Under the pieces are notes generated by a model, which did not search any database, was not told the origin of the DNA, and worked only from the letters and a program-made list of their open reading frames with translations. A stretch of DNA of 64,000 nt from Octopus sinensis (lineage: Eukaryota): positions 49,724,001 through 49,788,000 of the forward strand of contig NC_043002.1 of assembly GCF_006345805.1 (NCBI RefSeq). The letters are read 5' to 3'. Each line of letters begins with the position of its first letter. Position 1 is the stretch's first letter. A program made the translations under genes and the position numbers. Positions 50,251 to 63,552 of this stretch are shown in pieces.

Positions 50251-51192
50251 TAATAAGGTAAGGCAAAATTAAAGAAAAAAACACTAAATGCACCACGTGT
50301 GTCTTGAAACTGGTTAGAAGTGAAGGGGCAAGATGAAACAAATCCACACTCACACAATGTGGTGTGTGTGTGTGTGTGATTATTCAGTTTTAGTTCGAGA
50401 TTTCTTACCAATAGAGAAAGAGCCGCTTTCTAACATAGATCCAAGGTTCCTTCAGTGGAATTCCACCATCAACAACAGGGTATTTTTGTACGCATGTATG
50501 TACGTATGTATGTATGTTATGTATGTATGTATCTATGTATGTATCTATGTATGTATGTATGTATACGAGGAGATTTGTTGTATGTTTACATATATATATA
50601 TGACTACAAACACACAATCGCTTCACGCCAATGTATTCGTCCAATCATATGTACGTAGATGTATTTCCACATCCTTTCCTGTGCGTAAAAAAAATGTGTG
50701 TGTGTGTGTGTATGTGCGCGTGTGTAAGAGTATTCGTAACAATAACATGCACACACGGACATATGTATGTGGCAATAAGACGTGTGTGTGTGTGTGTGTG
50801 TGCGCATCTACGCACACGTCTTCAATAGTATATTTTTCTTTGACATAACAGGTAGTAGTAGGAGGAGGAGGAGGGGAAGAAAGTGCACATAGTGACGTAA
50901 TGAGTGAAACAGTGGGTGGATGGGTGTTGAGGGGGTGGAAATGACATTATGTGGGCGAGATAGGAAGTGGGAGGGATAGAGAGGAACTGGGGTGAAACGA
51001 GAAGTGGAAGGAATTGTGGTGGCGGTGGTAGTAATGGGAGGAGGAGGAAGTTGATGGTGAAATGACAAGAGAATGGTTGGAAGGGAGATAAGATATGTGG
51101 TTGGTGGTTGGACTGCAAAGACTGTTGTTGCAGAGTTATAGAATGACGTTGATAAAGTACGACTGACATGTGTGCATGTGTATGTGTGCGTA

Positions 51193-51238
<46 letters not shown>

Positions 51239-51364
51239 AGGGAGAGAAAGAGAGAAGAAGGGTTTGTGAGGGGGGAGGACGGAATGGAGTAAAAGAAAAA
51301 GAAACGCAATGATTGGGAAACGTGAGTTCGAGATTTCAATTCGTACCATTGTCGTTTATTTGTC

Positions 51365-51988
51365 CCTTGATATTAATTTCAAATTTTGGCACAAGGCTAG
51401 CAATTTCGGAGGAGGGGATTAAGTCGATTACATCAGCCCCAGTGGTTACTCCTTACTCTTCACTCTTTTATTCTTTTACTTGTTTCAGTCATTTGACTGC
51501 GGCCATGCTGGAGCACCGCCTTTAGTCGAGCAAATCGAACCCAGGACTTATTCTTTGTAAGCCTAGTACTTATTCTATCGGTCTCTTTTGCCGAACAGCT
51601 AAGTTACGGGGACTTAAACCCACCAGCATCGGTTGTCAACTGATGTTGGGGGGACAAACACAAACACACACACATATATACGACGGGCTTCTTTCAGTTT
51701 CCGTCTATCAAATCCACTCACAAGGCTTTGGTCGGCCCAAGGCTATAGTAGAAGACACTTGCCCAAGGTTCCACGCAGTGGGACTGAACCCGGAACCACA
51801 TGGTTGGTAAGCAAGCTACTTACCACACAGCCACTCCTGTGCCTTAATTGATATTTGTTTTATCGACCCTTGAAGGATGAAAGATAAAGTCGACCTCGGC
51901 TGAATTTGAACTGAGAACGTAAAGACGTACCAAATTCCGCGCTAATCATTTTGTCCGGTGTGCTAACGATTCTGCCAACTCGGCGCCC
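51365..51988 (-). mobile_element. SINE E split by a SINE A
   Basis: Tail at 51365-51450 and head at 51844-51988. Confidence 0.8.
51452..51843 (-). mobile_element. SINE family A, nested
   Basis: Homology to the other family A copies. Confidence 0.9.
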
Positions 51989-52020
51989 TGATCTAAGCCT
52001 TAATATTAATTACTATTACA

Positions 52021-52245
52021 TCCAAGGTGGCGAGCATTGACAGAATCGTTAGCACGCCAGCCAAACTGCTAAGCGGCATTTCGTCCGATTTTATGTTTTG
52101 AGTTCAAATTCTACCGAGGTCGACTTTGCCTTTCATCCTCTGGAGGATCGATAAAATAAGTACCAGATGAGTACTGGTGTCGATGTAACCAACTTAGCCC
52201 CACGCCCCCAAAATTGCTGGCCTTGAGCCAAAATTTGAAACCAAT
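52021..52245 (+). mobile_element. SINE family E
   Basis: aaggtggcgagc..cagaatcgttagcacgcc..ggttcaaattc-like B box. Confidence 0.85.
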
Positions 52246-53604
52246 ATTATCACCAACACCACCACCGCCACTACTGCTGCAACACTACCAGTGGTGTTGA
52301 ACCATTGAGAATGCTTCAATGTGACAGCTCGATACGTTAGGTATAACTAGTTGAGCACTCATAGGGCCGATCACCCGATTTCTATTGAGTGTGAGATCAC
52401 AACATTGCTACTGAACAGGACCCCAGATCATCGCTAGGTTTAATCATTTACATCTGTGTAGACGAGAAAAACGGGAAATGAAGAGTTTTGCTCAAGGATA
52501 CAATGCACAACACGGTCCGAGAATCGAAACCGTGATCCTGCGATTGTGAGTGCAACACCCTAACCACTGCACCGTCTTAAAACAACGTATGATACACTGG
52601 ACAATGATGTTTTAGACGAGATGGTTACGGTTGGAATGGTTTTTGATCACAAATCTACTCAACTAGGGTTAGCCCAGGGCTGAACACTGCCAGTGTTACC
52701 ATTAGCACAAGCATCAATATGACCACCACTAATACTGCCATTACTAAATTGAGAGCTTCCATGAGGTCACTTACTCTACTAGAAACAGCAGCCAGACACC
52801 CTCAATCATACGTCATCATTTTTGAAAAACACGTACTGGATGAAAAAAAGACGGATTGGTCATGACTGGAACGTCTTTGTTCAGAGTTTTATTCCACCGG
52901 GATGAATCAACCACCACAACTACGAGAATCACGAATTGTCCTTTATCCACTGCGTTCCCTGTCAAAATGTTATCGTCCTGTTTCAATGCACTCCAGAATA
53001 CATCCCTAAATCACCCCCCCCCACTATCACCCCCCCCCCACTATCACCCCCCCCCCCGAGTTATCTCTTATTCCCCTTCCTTTTCTCTGAACTCCTGACA
53101 GTCTCATTAACACTGGTTGCTTGTTTCAAACAACTACAACCCATAACCATTTTTTTTTATCTGCTACGAACGACCTTATCAGACGAGAATCATAAAAGGA
53201 GGGAGCCTTTAACCAGCCATGCAACCCATTAGAAATAGCAGCCAAAATATCCCTCAGGGAATAAACGGTTTATCGTGGTAACAATAAGTGAAGGTGATTT
53301 GGGTGTTGGATTCAAGATCGTAAGACGGTCATTCGATCCTTGGGCCGGGCGTTACTCCAGTCCATGCAACTGTAAATGAATTCCAGCAATAGCGGACAGT
53401 TAACTCTGCGATGGACATGCGTTCCATTCAGTGGGGAGGGGCAGTGATAATCTCAGTCTACTCTATGGAAACCGAATTGAATACATAAGGGATCAAGGTA
53501 AAAAAAAAAACACAAGATCATAGGAATAATGGAAGGATCTCTGAGATGAGATGTAGCCCTCGAAATGACAAAAAAAAAAAAGAAAAACTGGCATTCTGTC
53601 GGTT

Positions 53605-53902
53605 ACGACGATGATCAGTGCTCCAGTTGATTTCATCGAACGTGAAATTAACGTGCAAGTGGCTGAGCATTCCACAGACACGTGTACCCTTAACGTAGTT
53701 CTCATGGAGAATCGGCGTGACACTGAATGTGACAAGGCTGACCCTTTGAAATACAGGTACTACTCAGTTTTGCCAGCTGAGTGGACTGGAGCAGTGTGAA
53801 ATAAAATGTCTTGCTCAAGGACACAACGCGTCGCCGGGAATTGAACTCATGACCCTACGATAGTGAGCCGAATTCCTCTAAGCCCTAAGTCATGCGCCTC
53901 CA
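53605..53902 (-). mobile_element. SINE family C with long tail
   Basis: Homology to 15377 (head) and 23680 (tail). Confidence 0.85.
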
Positions 53903-54039
53903 CAGCCCTCGATATACTACGTCTGAAAATATGAGAGGATGAAATGCCTTTGCAATGGGGTTCTGTTTGATCAGGACTGAACGAAGGTTGAACAGCAAGA
54001 TAGATTACAAATTTAGCGGGAGTGATGGGGTGAGCCGAT

Positions 54040-54412
54040 TTGATTGATCCCACTACAAGATCGATATTTTAATTTATTGAACCAGGAAGATGAAAAAAAA
54101 AAAAAAGCGCTGTTGAAATTAGTGGGATTTGATCTCAGATCGTAAAGGACTAGAACGAATACTTGCAAATCATTTTGTTTGACGCTCTAACGGCACTGAT
54201 AACCCTCTGCCAGAATAATGGTTTCAATTTTTGGCACACGACCAGCAATTTAGGGGGATGGCATAAGTCAGTTACATCGACCCCCAGCCTTCAACTGGTA
54301 TTTATTTCATCGACCCCGAAAGGATGAAAAAGCAAAGTCGACCATGGCAGAATTTGAACTGCCGCTAAGCATTTGCCAGGTGTGCTTAACGATCGAGCCA
54401 GTTCGCTGCCTT
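54040..54412 (-). mobile_element. Two adjacent degenerate SINE E copies
   Basis: 54040-54205 and 54220-54412. Confidence 0.7.
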
Positions 54413-55384
54413 CTCCGTCACCGTAATATTATATAATTATATATAAACATTCGAGCTGTAGTGTAGCTAAGTGAGAGGGAATGGTAGTCCTCCCCGAACA
54501 CGCCTTTATGAGGGCGTCATTTTTAGTTCTACTATATAAACCTGTATAGGCTCCCCCCAGAGAGTGGGGACAGGACGAAAAACTCAAGAACTACTCAGCG
54601 TGGCACACACTCTAGCTACTCCACTGTACCCAACCAATACTCACTCAAATTGTATCCAACTGTTTTGTAAAAAGAAGGACATATTGGATAATGTCACCCT
54701 CGCTAAACTACATCTGAGCCACCCACCCTAAGAGAAAACAACGGGGTGGTCATAACAAGAATGTCTTTATCGTAGGTCTGCTTGACTAGAGTTGACCTGG
54801 GTTTAAACAGAAACCACAAGACCTCAATCAAGACTTATATGCACAACAGTAACCACAGCTAAAATCTTAGCCTCTTTATGACCCTATATCTAATGGAATT
54901 GTAATACGCTTCACTTACTTTGGAAATCAATCGATTGATCATCTAAAAAGATTTTGTAAAATAACTAACATTGTTATTATCAAACCGATTTTTGGAACGT
55001 AACTTAGCAAACAAAAAAGAAAAAAAAAAGGATCTTAAATAGAAATTAAGATGGAAGTTTTAATTTAAACACGAACTCGTTAAAATGGACTCTTTTAATA
55101 TTTTAAAATCAGAGCAACCAAGGTTGCTTTCAGGGGGATTGATCTGAATAGAATTAACCCTTTTGAACAGCATTTTACGTAAAAAGTTTGCTTTTTAAAG
55201 TTATGTTCCAAATGCAATAAACGAAAATACAAAAGAAAAGCTTGTCAAAGAGAATTTTATTTCGTTGAATTTTTCTAAATTCAACAAAACATGAAACCGA
55301 ATGCAAGAGCAAATATCGCACAGTTACAGCAATAGCTGTAGCCGCCACTAAAACTAAAAGTTATCGAAATAATGTATATATAAT

Positions 55385-55515
55385 AGGCGTAGGAGTGACT
55401 GTGTGGTAAGTAGCTTGCTTACCAACAACATAGTTCTGGGTTCAGTCACACTGCGTGGCACCTTGTACAAGCGTCTTCTACTATAGCCTCGGATTTGGTA
55501 GACGGAAACTGAAAG
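55385..55515 (+). mobile_element. SINE A head running into the gap
   Basis: Homology to the family A head. Confidence 0.85.
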
Positions 55516-55615
55516 NNNNNNNNNNNNNNNNNNNNNNNNNNNNNNNNNNNNNNNNNNNNNNNNNNNNNNNNNNNNNNNNNNNNNNNNNNNNNNNNNNNNN
55601 NNNNNNNNNNNNNNN
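55516..55615. other. Assembly gap (100 N)
   Basis: A run of exactly 100 N, typical of a placeholder gap of unknown size. Confidence 0.98.
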
Positions 55616-55859
55616 TTTTGCTTTCTTCTCACGCTCTCACTCACTCGGGCACTCGAGCACTCACTTCCTGGAGTAGTAGGCAAGGTGGTGGCTGTGGGTG
55701 GGGGGAATGGGTGTTGTACAGTGTCAAGTATGTGTTATGGAAAGGATGCGCTTGCTTCTTCGCATAACGGTTATACAACAACAGTGTGCTCAGCGTTTTG
55801 GTGCCTCGATGAAGAAAGAGAATGCACACATATCTGTTTATTGTATGTACATACAATAC

Positions 55860-56720
55860 ATACATTATATATATATACACATACTTTATATATATAATCA
55901 TACATATATATATATATATATATAATACATATAATATGTACATACATTAGTATATAATACATATATATGTTATATATATAATATATAATATTTAAATATA
56001 ATACATATATATAATACATATATATAAACATATATATACATAATATATTATAATCATATATATATATATTACATATATATATATTACATATATATATATA
56101 TTACATATATATATATTATATATATATATATATTACATATTAATATATATATATTACATATATATATATATACATACATGCATATATGTGTGTGTGTATG
56201 AATATATGTATGTACGTGTGGGCGTATGCATATATGTATGTATACGTATGTGTGCATGCATATATGTATGTATACGTATGTGTGCATGCATATATGTATG
56301 TATACGTATGTGTGCATGCATATATGTATGTGTGTGTATGTATGCATGCATATATGTATGTGTGTGTGTGTATGTATGTATGTATGTATGTGTGGGTGTA
56401 TGCATATATGTATGTGTGTATGCATATATGTATGTGTGTGTATGCATGTATGTATGTATGTGTGGATGTATGCATATATGTATGTATGTATGTGTGTGTG
56501 GATGTATGCATATATGTATGTATGTATGTATGTATGTGTCTGTGCATGCAAGCATATATGTATGCGTGTGTATGCATATATACATGTGTGCAAGCATATA
56601 TAGCTATACATTTATACATAGAAGTATATATTTATATGTATTTATATATGTGAGTGTATGCATTTATACACATATATGCAGGTATGTACATCTACATATA
56701 TATATAATATATATATATTA
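55860..56720. repeat. TA-rich / (TATG) / atgcatatatgtatg compound satellite
   Basis: Direct reading. It includes ~32-bp units tgtgcatgcatatatgtatgtatacgtatg. Confidence 0.9.
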
Positions 56721-56999
56721 TACATACACCTCCCCAAACACACACACACACACACACCTGTATGCACTTGTTTCTGAAAATGGAATAACAACCGCGTAAA
56801 AGTCTTTGTTTAGGTCTATGCAATATATTAAGTGAATTTTTGCTCATTTTCCTCTGCTTACACATATACTCGTCCACACATGCATGTATATTGTTGTTGT
56901 GTGTGTGTGTGTATATATATATATATGTGTGTGTGTGTGTATCTAGCTATTGATCTATTGATAGATATATACGTATGTGTGTAGGTAAGTATATTCCTT

Positions 57000-57159
57000 C
57001 ATGCTGGAGCACCGCCTTTAGCCGAACAAATCGATCCCAGGATTTATTCTTTCAAAGCGAAATACTTATTCTATCGGGCTCTTTTGCCGAACCGCTAAGC
57101 TATGGTGAGGAGACAAACACAGACGCACAAACACATATATATATATAGATATATATATA

Positions 57160-57192
<33 letters not shown>

Positions 57193-57370
57193 ATATATAC
57201 ACACACGAGGGCTCCTTTCAGTTTCCGTCTACCAAATTCATTCAATTCACAAGGTTTTGTTCGACCCGAGACTATAGAAAACACTTGCCTAAGGTTCCAC
57301 GCAGTGGGACTGAACCCGGAATCATGTGGTTGGTAAGCAAGCTACTTACCACACAGTCACTCCTGCACCT
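57000..57370 (-). mobile_element. SINE family A
   Basis: Homology to the other family A copies. Confidence 0.85.
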
Positions 57371-57759
57371 ATAGACACCCTTGCGTCTTTGTATGTATGT
57401 TTACATGTTTACTTACAGATGCCAACTTCTGGTAATATGTTTCTAATTTCTTTCCAATAGTGGAAGAGCAATTTTCTAAGTAACCTATATGCAAAGCTAT
57501 TTCTTTAGAATTATGCAACATCATGTAGTTGGTGCTGGCTGGCTGGCTGGTTGGCTAGATGGATGGTGAATAATTGGATGCTCCTCTGGGAATAATTTCA
57601 ACGTCAGCTGAATATCATGACGTTTCCACACACTCGGGCTTGTGATTTTAATTTCCACTAGATATCTCGATTCGTTTTGTCTTTAAAGCATGCTGACAGT
57701 ACGGTCTGTCGTCTCTGAAGTGTTGTACGAGCCCTATTAACCCACACTCCTGTACAAAT

Positions 57760-57980
57760 ATTGATTTCGAATTTTGGCACAAGGACAGCAATTTCGGGGA
57801 AGGGCTTTAGTCGATTACATCAACCCCAGTACTCAAATGGTACTTATTTTATCGATCCCAAATGCATGAAAGGCAAAGTCTTCCTCGGTGGAAATTATAC
57901 TCAGAACGTAAAGACTTGACGAAAGTGCCGCTTAAGTATTTTGCCCGGCGTGCTAACGATTCTGCTAGCTCGCTTCCCTC
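57760..57980 (-). mobile_element. SINE family E
   Basis: Homology to the other family E copies. Confidence 0.85.
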
Positions 57981-58769
57981 TTCTGTAAAAAATGTTGCTA
58001 TCTTTCTTAATAGTCAGTGATGATTTTCTTGGATATAAGTGGGCAACCATTGTGTGTGTGTGTGTGTGTGTGAGAGCACTGATGTCAATGTATGTGTGGA
58101 TCTGTATGTTTAACTTATGTACGCGTACATATACGCATCTTTGTATGTTTACACGTATGTATATGCTCTTATTACGTGCTTAAATCTCCAGAATGTTTTG
58201 CATATTTTCATTGTTCCTTTCATAGCTTGTAGTTTTCATCTCTTACTCGCCGTATCCTTTCTGAGTTTAGAAATCCCAGCTTCTCAAAACATTTACCAGG
58301 ACAGTTATGTTATAAGCTGTAACTCTAGAGCTATAGACAAGGCAGAGTATCTGCAAGTTTACCGTTATTTCGGCAGAACTGTCTTAGGTTTCATTAATCT
58401 TTAAAGTTACACCAGCAGCTACTGCCCAACTGATTTCCTTTGTTCATTTTGTTCCACTAGATGCTGACTTAAAATTATATTTTACCTAGGTTTTACTGAG
58501 GTTTTTACAGAAATATTCTGCCGGTAGAGTTTCATAGTAGGAGCATGCCATCCACATCATTGTACCATCTTATTATTTACCGGTCAATTCTTTCTAAAGA
58601 TTTCAATGAACGGTGTTTTGTCCAAGACATCATAGTAATATACCATCGTGGTATCATTTTTGGACAGTTGCTTTGGATGAAGGTAACCACTTTTAGTGTT
58701 AATTCCACAGTTTGTAACGATTGTTGCATCTATATGTTTTACCTGTATTCCCCTCTCTTTCTCTCTCTC

Positions 58770-58804
<35 letters not shown>

Positions 58805-59944
58805 CCTCTCCTTACATCAGGACTTTTCGTTGTAATTTCTTGTTCTCGGACCACAAAATGATACGTAAATATCTCTCACTGTGAAAGAGCTAATATTGAG
58901 GTCGATTGTTGCTCCAAGATAGACTGTCACTTTGGGACTTTCTGACAACAGAGCCATGCATGACTGACCTCCTTCCTGATTGCTCTGTTGCAGTTAAAGC
59001 TATGCACCTCCTCTTTATGTGAATGCACTTCTACTCTTAACGGTTAGTAAATGAATAATATCGGATATATATGATGTAATATTCAAACATTTTCATTATA
59101 GATCGAAACAGCCAATTCTAGTGTACACATGGAATTTACTGGTGGTGGTTTAAAGTTTCACCATCGATGGTCCAGTCTCATCTAGCATGCACTCGTGTAG
59201 TCCACATTGTAGGTCTATGATTCTTTATTAACTACAAGAGGTTCGGGGTCAATATAAAATAATGTACCAATCTATGGTGCCAGATTGGCAGAATTGCAAG
59301 AGAGTCGGACAACATGCTTTGCGGCGCCTGTTTCAGAATTGCACCTTCTGACAGGAACGTCTGTTATGACACTTGTGCTATATACAACGTCAGCCTTAAG
59401 ATGACGGTCGTCACCTCAGACGACATCGTTGGCGTGGAGACAGGATACTTGCATGCATGTTCAGTGGTTAGATTTCCACAAAATAAACTTCGCTAAGAAG
59501 TCACGCGCCTGCAAGTGCGGTTACATTGTAAAACCCTCACCGAAAAAAGCCCATGAATGTGTGTGTGTGTGTGTGTTAAATGACACACATGGAGAGCTTA
59601 CATTCAGCATTTGGAGTTTCTCGACAGCTGCAGAACGATATCTATTAAACTGCTATAAAGAAACTCGAAGTCTTGAATGCGAGTGCTCTATTGCATATGT
59701 TATTGAACAAATTAAGTCCTCTGTTTCCTTCGATACTGAGACATACTTCTTCCGTTGTTATACACATATACACACATAGTGAAGACTTTGTTAACTTAAT
59801 TTTCACAATAAATTTGACTCAACTCTCAATATAGAGTCACACTTACAAAACACTCAGTGGTAATTCTTAACAGTGATTTCAATTAAAGATTTTGAATTTT
59901 GGCGGGCCAACGGTTCCACCAGCTCACCGTCTTGTGATTTATAA

Positions 59945-60135
59945 AATAATGGTTTCAAACTTAGAAACAAGGCAAGAAACTTCGGGGGAGAAAGACGATT
60001 ACATCATATCCAATGTTCAAACTCCTACTTATCCCCAAAGGATAAAAAGCAAAGTCGACCTTCACGGAATTTGAACTCAGAACGTAACGACGGACGAAAT
60101 GCCCTACGAACGGTTCTGCTACCTCGCTTACCTTG
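59945..60135 (-). mobile_element. SINE family E, degenerate
   Basis: Homology to the other family E copies. Confidence 0.7.
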
Positions 60136-60880
60136 TATGTGTTTTAAAATAATATCTTAACACACACAATCTCTCTTTCTCTCTCTCTCTCTCGCACACC
60201 ACACACACACACATACACACACAAACACTGCGTTAATGCAAAATTTCCAGTATTTACAATGCTTATCAGTTGGATATGCGAACTGTTAATGTCAATATGC
60301 AATGTTCATTATCTTAAGAGAGAACTAATTAAAATATATGCGTACAATTAAACATTTAAATTCATAGGAAAGAACATAATTTGTATGTACATAAAATCAA
60401 CTAAATATCTGTATGAAGAGAAAATCCAGGCTTTTAAGACCTAAATTTTTCGTAAAGTGACATACACAGCCTTCCGGAAGGTTTGACACGCAGACTAAGC
60501 GCAGGACATGGCTGCTGAGGGACACCTAGGAGTCATGACCTAGATGCAACCTGGGCCCCTTAGAGGGTGAGGGGTTAAGGGCCAAAACACTTGTGTGGGT
60601 GTGTAGTGGGAGGCTTCTCTGATGTTCTTCTATTGTTCAGCTTTCGTTAGAGGTTCTTCATACCATAATACTCCCCCACACACACACCATATATATATAT
60701 ATATATATAACTCCAAGAAAGTTAGAGGTTGTGAATCCAACCCACTAAGGGATAATATCTATCCAATATACTGCTGGTAGAATACCCAATTATTAATACC
60801 CAAGTGTTTTTTATTGCATTGCAATTACTTTACCGAGTGTACTAAATGGGTGAAGGTAAAGAGATATTTTACCATTAATT

Positions 60881-61227
60881 TATACAGCAATAAGAAAATG
60901 GAGGGGATCAATAGGTGGTTCATCAACTTTTAGACATTATATTATGTTAACTTATTTATTTATTTACTAAACTGATAATTACAATAATATACATACATAT
61001 AACATATTATTCTTTACATATAAGATATAAGATATAAAATATAGCAATATATAAGGATACCACGTTATATATTACTATATCTTATATATTATATGTAAAG
61101 AATAATATGTTATATGTATGTATATTATTGTAATTATCACTTTAATAAATTATTAAGTTAACATTATATAATGTCTAAAAGTTGATGAACCACATATTGT
61201 TCTCCTCCATTTTCTTATTGCTATATA
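60881..61227. repeat. 347-bp AT-rich imperfect palindrome
   Basis: cagcaataagaaaatggagg..ggttcatcaacttttagacattata..gataattacaataatatacatacatataacatattattctttacatata is mirrored in 61075-61227. Confidence 0.88.
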
Positions 61228-61241
61228 TATATATATATATA

Positions 61242-62856
61242 CAGTACCAAGCAAAAGTCTTCGGCCACTTTAAACTATTGTAAATTTCTACTAATTGCCA
61301 ACTTGTAAGTTGGCAATTAGTTGGATGTTTCAAATTGCGTTTTTTACAGATGAAACATTGGCCGTGTTGAAGGCATTTCTATACCTAATCATTATATTTT
61401 GTAGTGGGGGTTCCGAATGGGAGCGGAAAATGCGAGACGACCACCAAAAATGGCCGTGGAAAAGTTTTCGGCCACCTCACATAAACCAATCAAGATACCG
61501 TGTTTTAAAACAAAAAAAAAAAATGTCTATAATGAAAATTTATTACATAATGCTCCTTTCGAGAAGTTACTGTACATTGTTAATATTTCGTGTGACTTCT
61601 CTTAGCTTGAATAATTGCTTCACTACGCCTGGGTAGAGATGCGCATAAATCCTTCACCATCTTCACAGGTATGAGATGCCATTCTCTGTGACTGAGCTCC
61701 CACTACGCTTCAAGACTGCGTGGATTCTTCTGAAGAACTCTTCTCTTAAGTTCTGTCCACATTTGCTCGATGATATTTAAGTCAGGGCTCCGAGCTGGCC
61801 AATCTTTCAATACGGTAGCACCTTAATCAACCAGACTCTGTTGTGTTGCATGCGATCTGTTGCATGGAGCTTTGTAATGCTGAAAAATCTCAACTTCATC
61901 CAAATCTGGTATCAAATTGTCCTTCAACAACTGGGTGTATTTGGCACTGTTCATGTTACCGTGAATTTTAACCAGCTTTCTTGAACTATCACTTTTTATG
62001 CATCCCCAAAGCATCAGACTCTTACCGCCAAACCTCAAATTTTTTGGTCGTGTAACGTGGGTCGTTTTTCTTCCCTGGAGGCCTCTTGACAAATTCTCGC
62101 TTATTAGAAAGCGAAACTACCCACGTTATACGACGAAAACAGTGAAGTTTGGTGGGTAAGTGTCTGATGCTTTGGCGGTGCATAAAAAATGATTGTTCAA
62201 GAAAGCTGGTTAAAATTGATGGTAATTTGAATAGTGCCAAATACATCCAGTTGCTGAAGGACAATTTGATACCGGACTTGGATGAAGGTGAGATTTTTCA
62301 GTATTACGAAGCTCCATGTCACAGATCGCTTGCAACACAACAAAATCTGGCTGATTAAGGTGTTACCGTATTGAAAGAATGGCCAGCTCAGAGCCCTGAC
62401 TTAAATATCATCGAACAAATGTAGACAGAAGTAAAGAGAAGAGTTCGTCCGAAGAATACACGCAATTTTAAAGAATTGTGGGAACTCAGCCACAGAATGG
62501 CATCTCATACCTGTGAAGATAGCAAAGGATTTGTAAGCATCTCTCCCCAGGCGCATTGAAGCATTTATTCAAGCTAGAGGAAGCCACACGAATTATTAAC
62601 AATGTACAGTAACTTCTTGAAATGAACATTATGCAATAGATTTTCATTATAGACATTTTTCTGTTTTAAAACAATGTATTTTGATTGGCTTATGTGAAGT
62701 GACCGAAAACTTTTGCACGGCCAACCCCTACAACAAAATATAATGATTAAAAATGGAAATGACTATGTTTCATCTGTAAAAAACGCAATTTATAAGTTGG
62801 TAATTTGTAGAAATTTACAATAGTTTAAAGTGGCCGAAGACTTTTGCATGGTACTG
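61242..62856. mobile_element. Tc1-family fold-back element made of two inverted 3' halves of a dead transposase
   Basis: TA|CAGTACCAAGCAAAAGTCTTCGGCCACTTTAAACTATTGTAAATTTCTAC ... inverse|TA. Both arms encode FGGKSLMLW..KIDGNLNSAKY..LKDNL..WPAQSPDLNIIE, pointing outward. Confidence 0.92.
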
Positions 62857-62904
62857 TATATATACACACATAAGCTTACATATATGTGTGTGTGTGTGTG
62901 TGTG

Positions 62905-63205
62905 TGGAGGCGCAATGACCCAGTGGTTAGGGCAGCGGACTCGCGATTGTAGGATCGTGGTTTCGATTCCCAGACCGGGCGTTGTGAGTGTTTATTGAGC
63001 GAAAACACCTAAGGCTCCGCGAGGCTCTGGCAAGAGGTGGTGGCAATCCCTGCTGTACTCTTTCGCCACAATCTTCTCTCACTCTTTCTTCTGTTGGCCT
63101 GTTCGCTTGGCCAGCGGGGTGGCGTCATTTGAAGGCTAAAACAATGCGAAGCGCATTGTGACCAGTGAAGTGTAGCAACATCTGATAGCCAGGTCAGTTA
63201 CAGTG
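62905..63205 (+). mobile_element. SINE family B
   Basis: Homology to 1436 and 40985. Confidence 0.88.
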
Positions 63206-63517
63206 ATATATATATATATAAATATTGAATGTATTTATGCATACACACACACGTGTGTGTTTGTGTATCTCTCCCCGCCTCTCTCTCTCTCTCTCCTCTC
63301 TCTATATATATTATATATATATATATATATATATTGTGTGTGTGTATACAGTATATATATATATATATATATACTGTATATATATATTATATATAATATA
63401 TATACATATTGCATATATATTATATGTCAATGCATATACTGTATATAATATATAATATATATATATATTATATTATAATATATATATATATATAATATGT
63501 ATACATACTGTATATAG

Positions 63518-63552
<35 letters not shown>

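Noticed and set aside
55860-56800. Long ORFs on both strands (125-203 aa), and similar YIYI/CVCV/LSLS ORFs throughout
   Set aside because: These are translations of stop-poor microsatellites, not genes.
59314-59779. Cys-rich ORFs of 60 and 116 aa
   Set aside because: No recognisable Cys spacing or domain, and the longer ORF crosses a (GT)n tract.
60617-60653. Minus-strand hammerhead (ctaacga...gaagaacatc)
   Set aside because: It needs at least four changes to restore the core and GAAA, so it is kept only as a weak member of the family-level finding.
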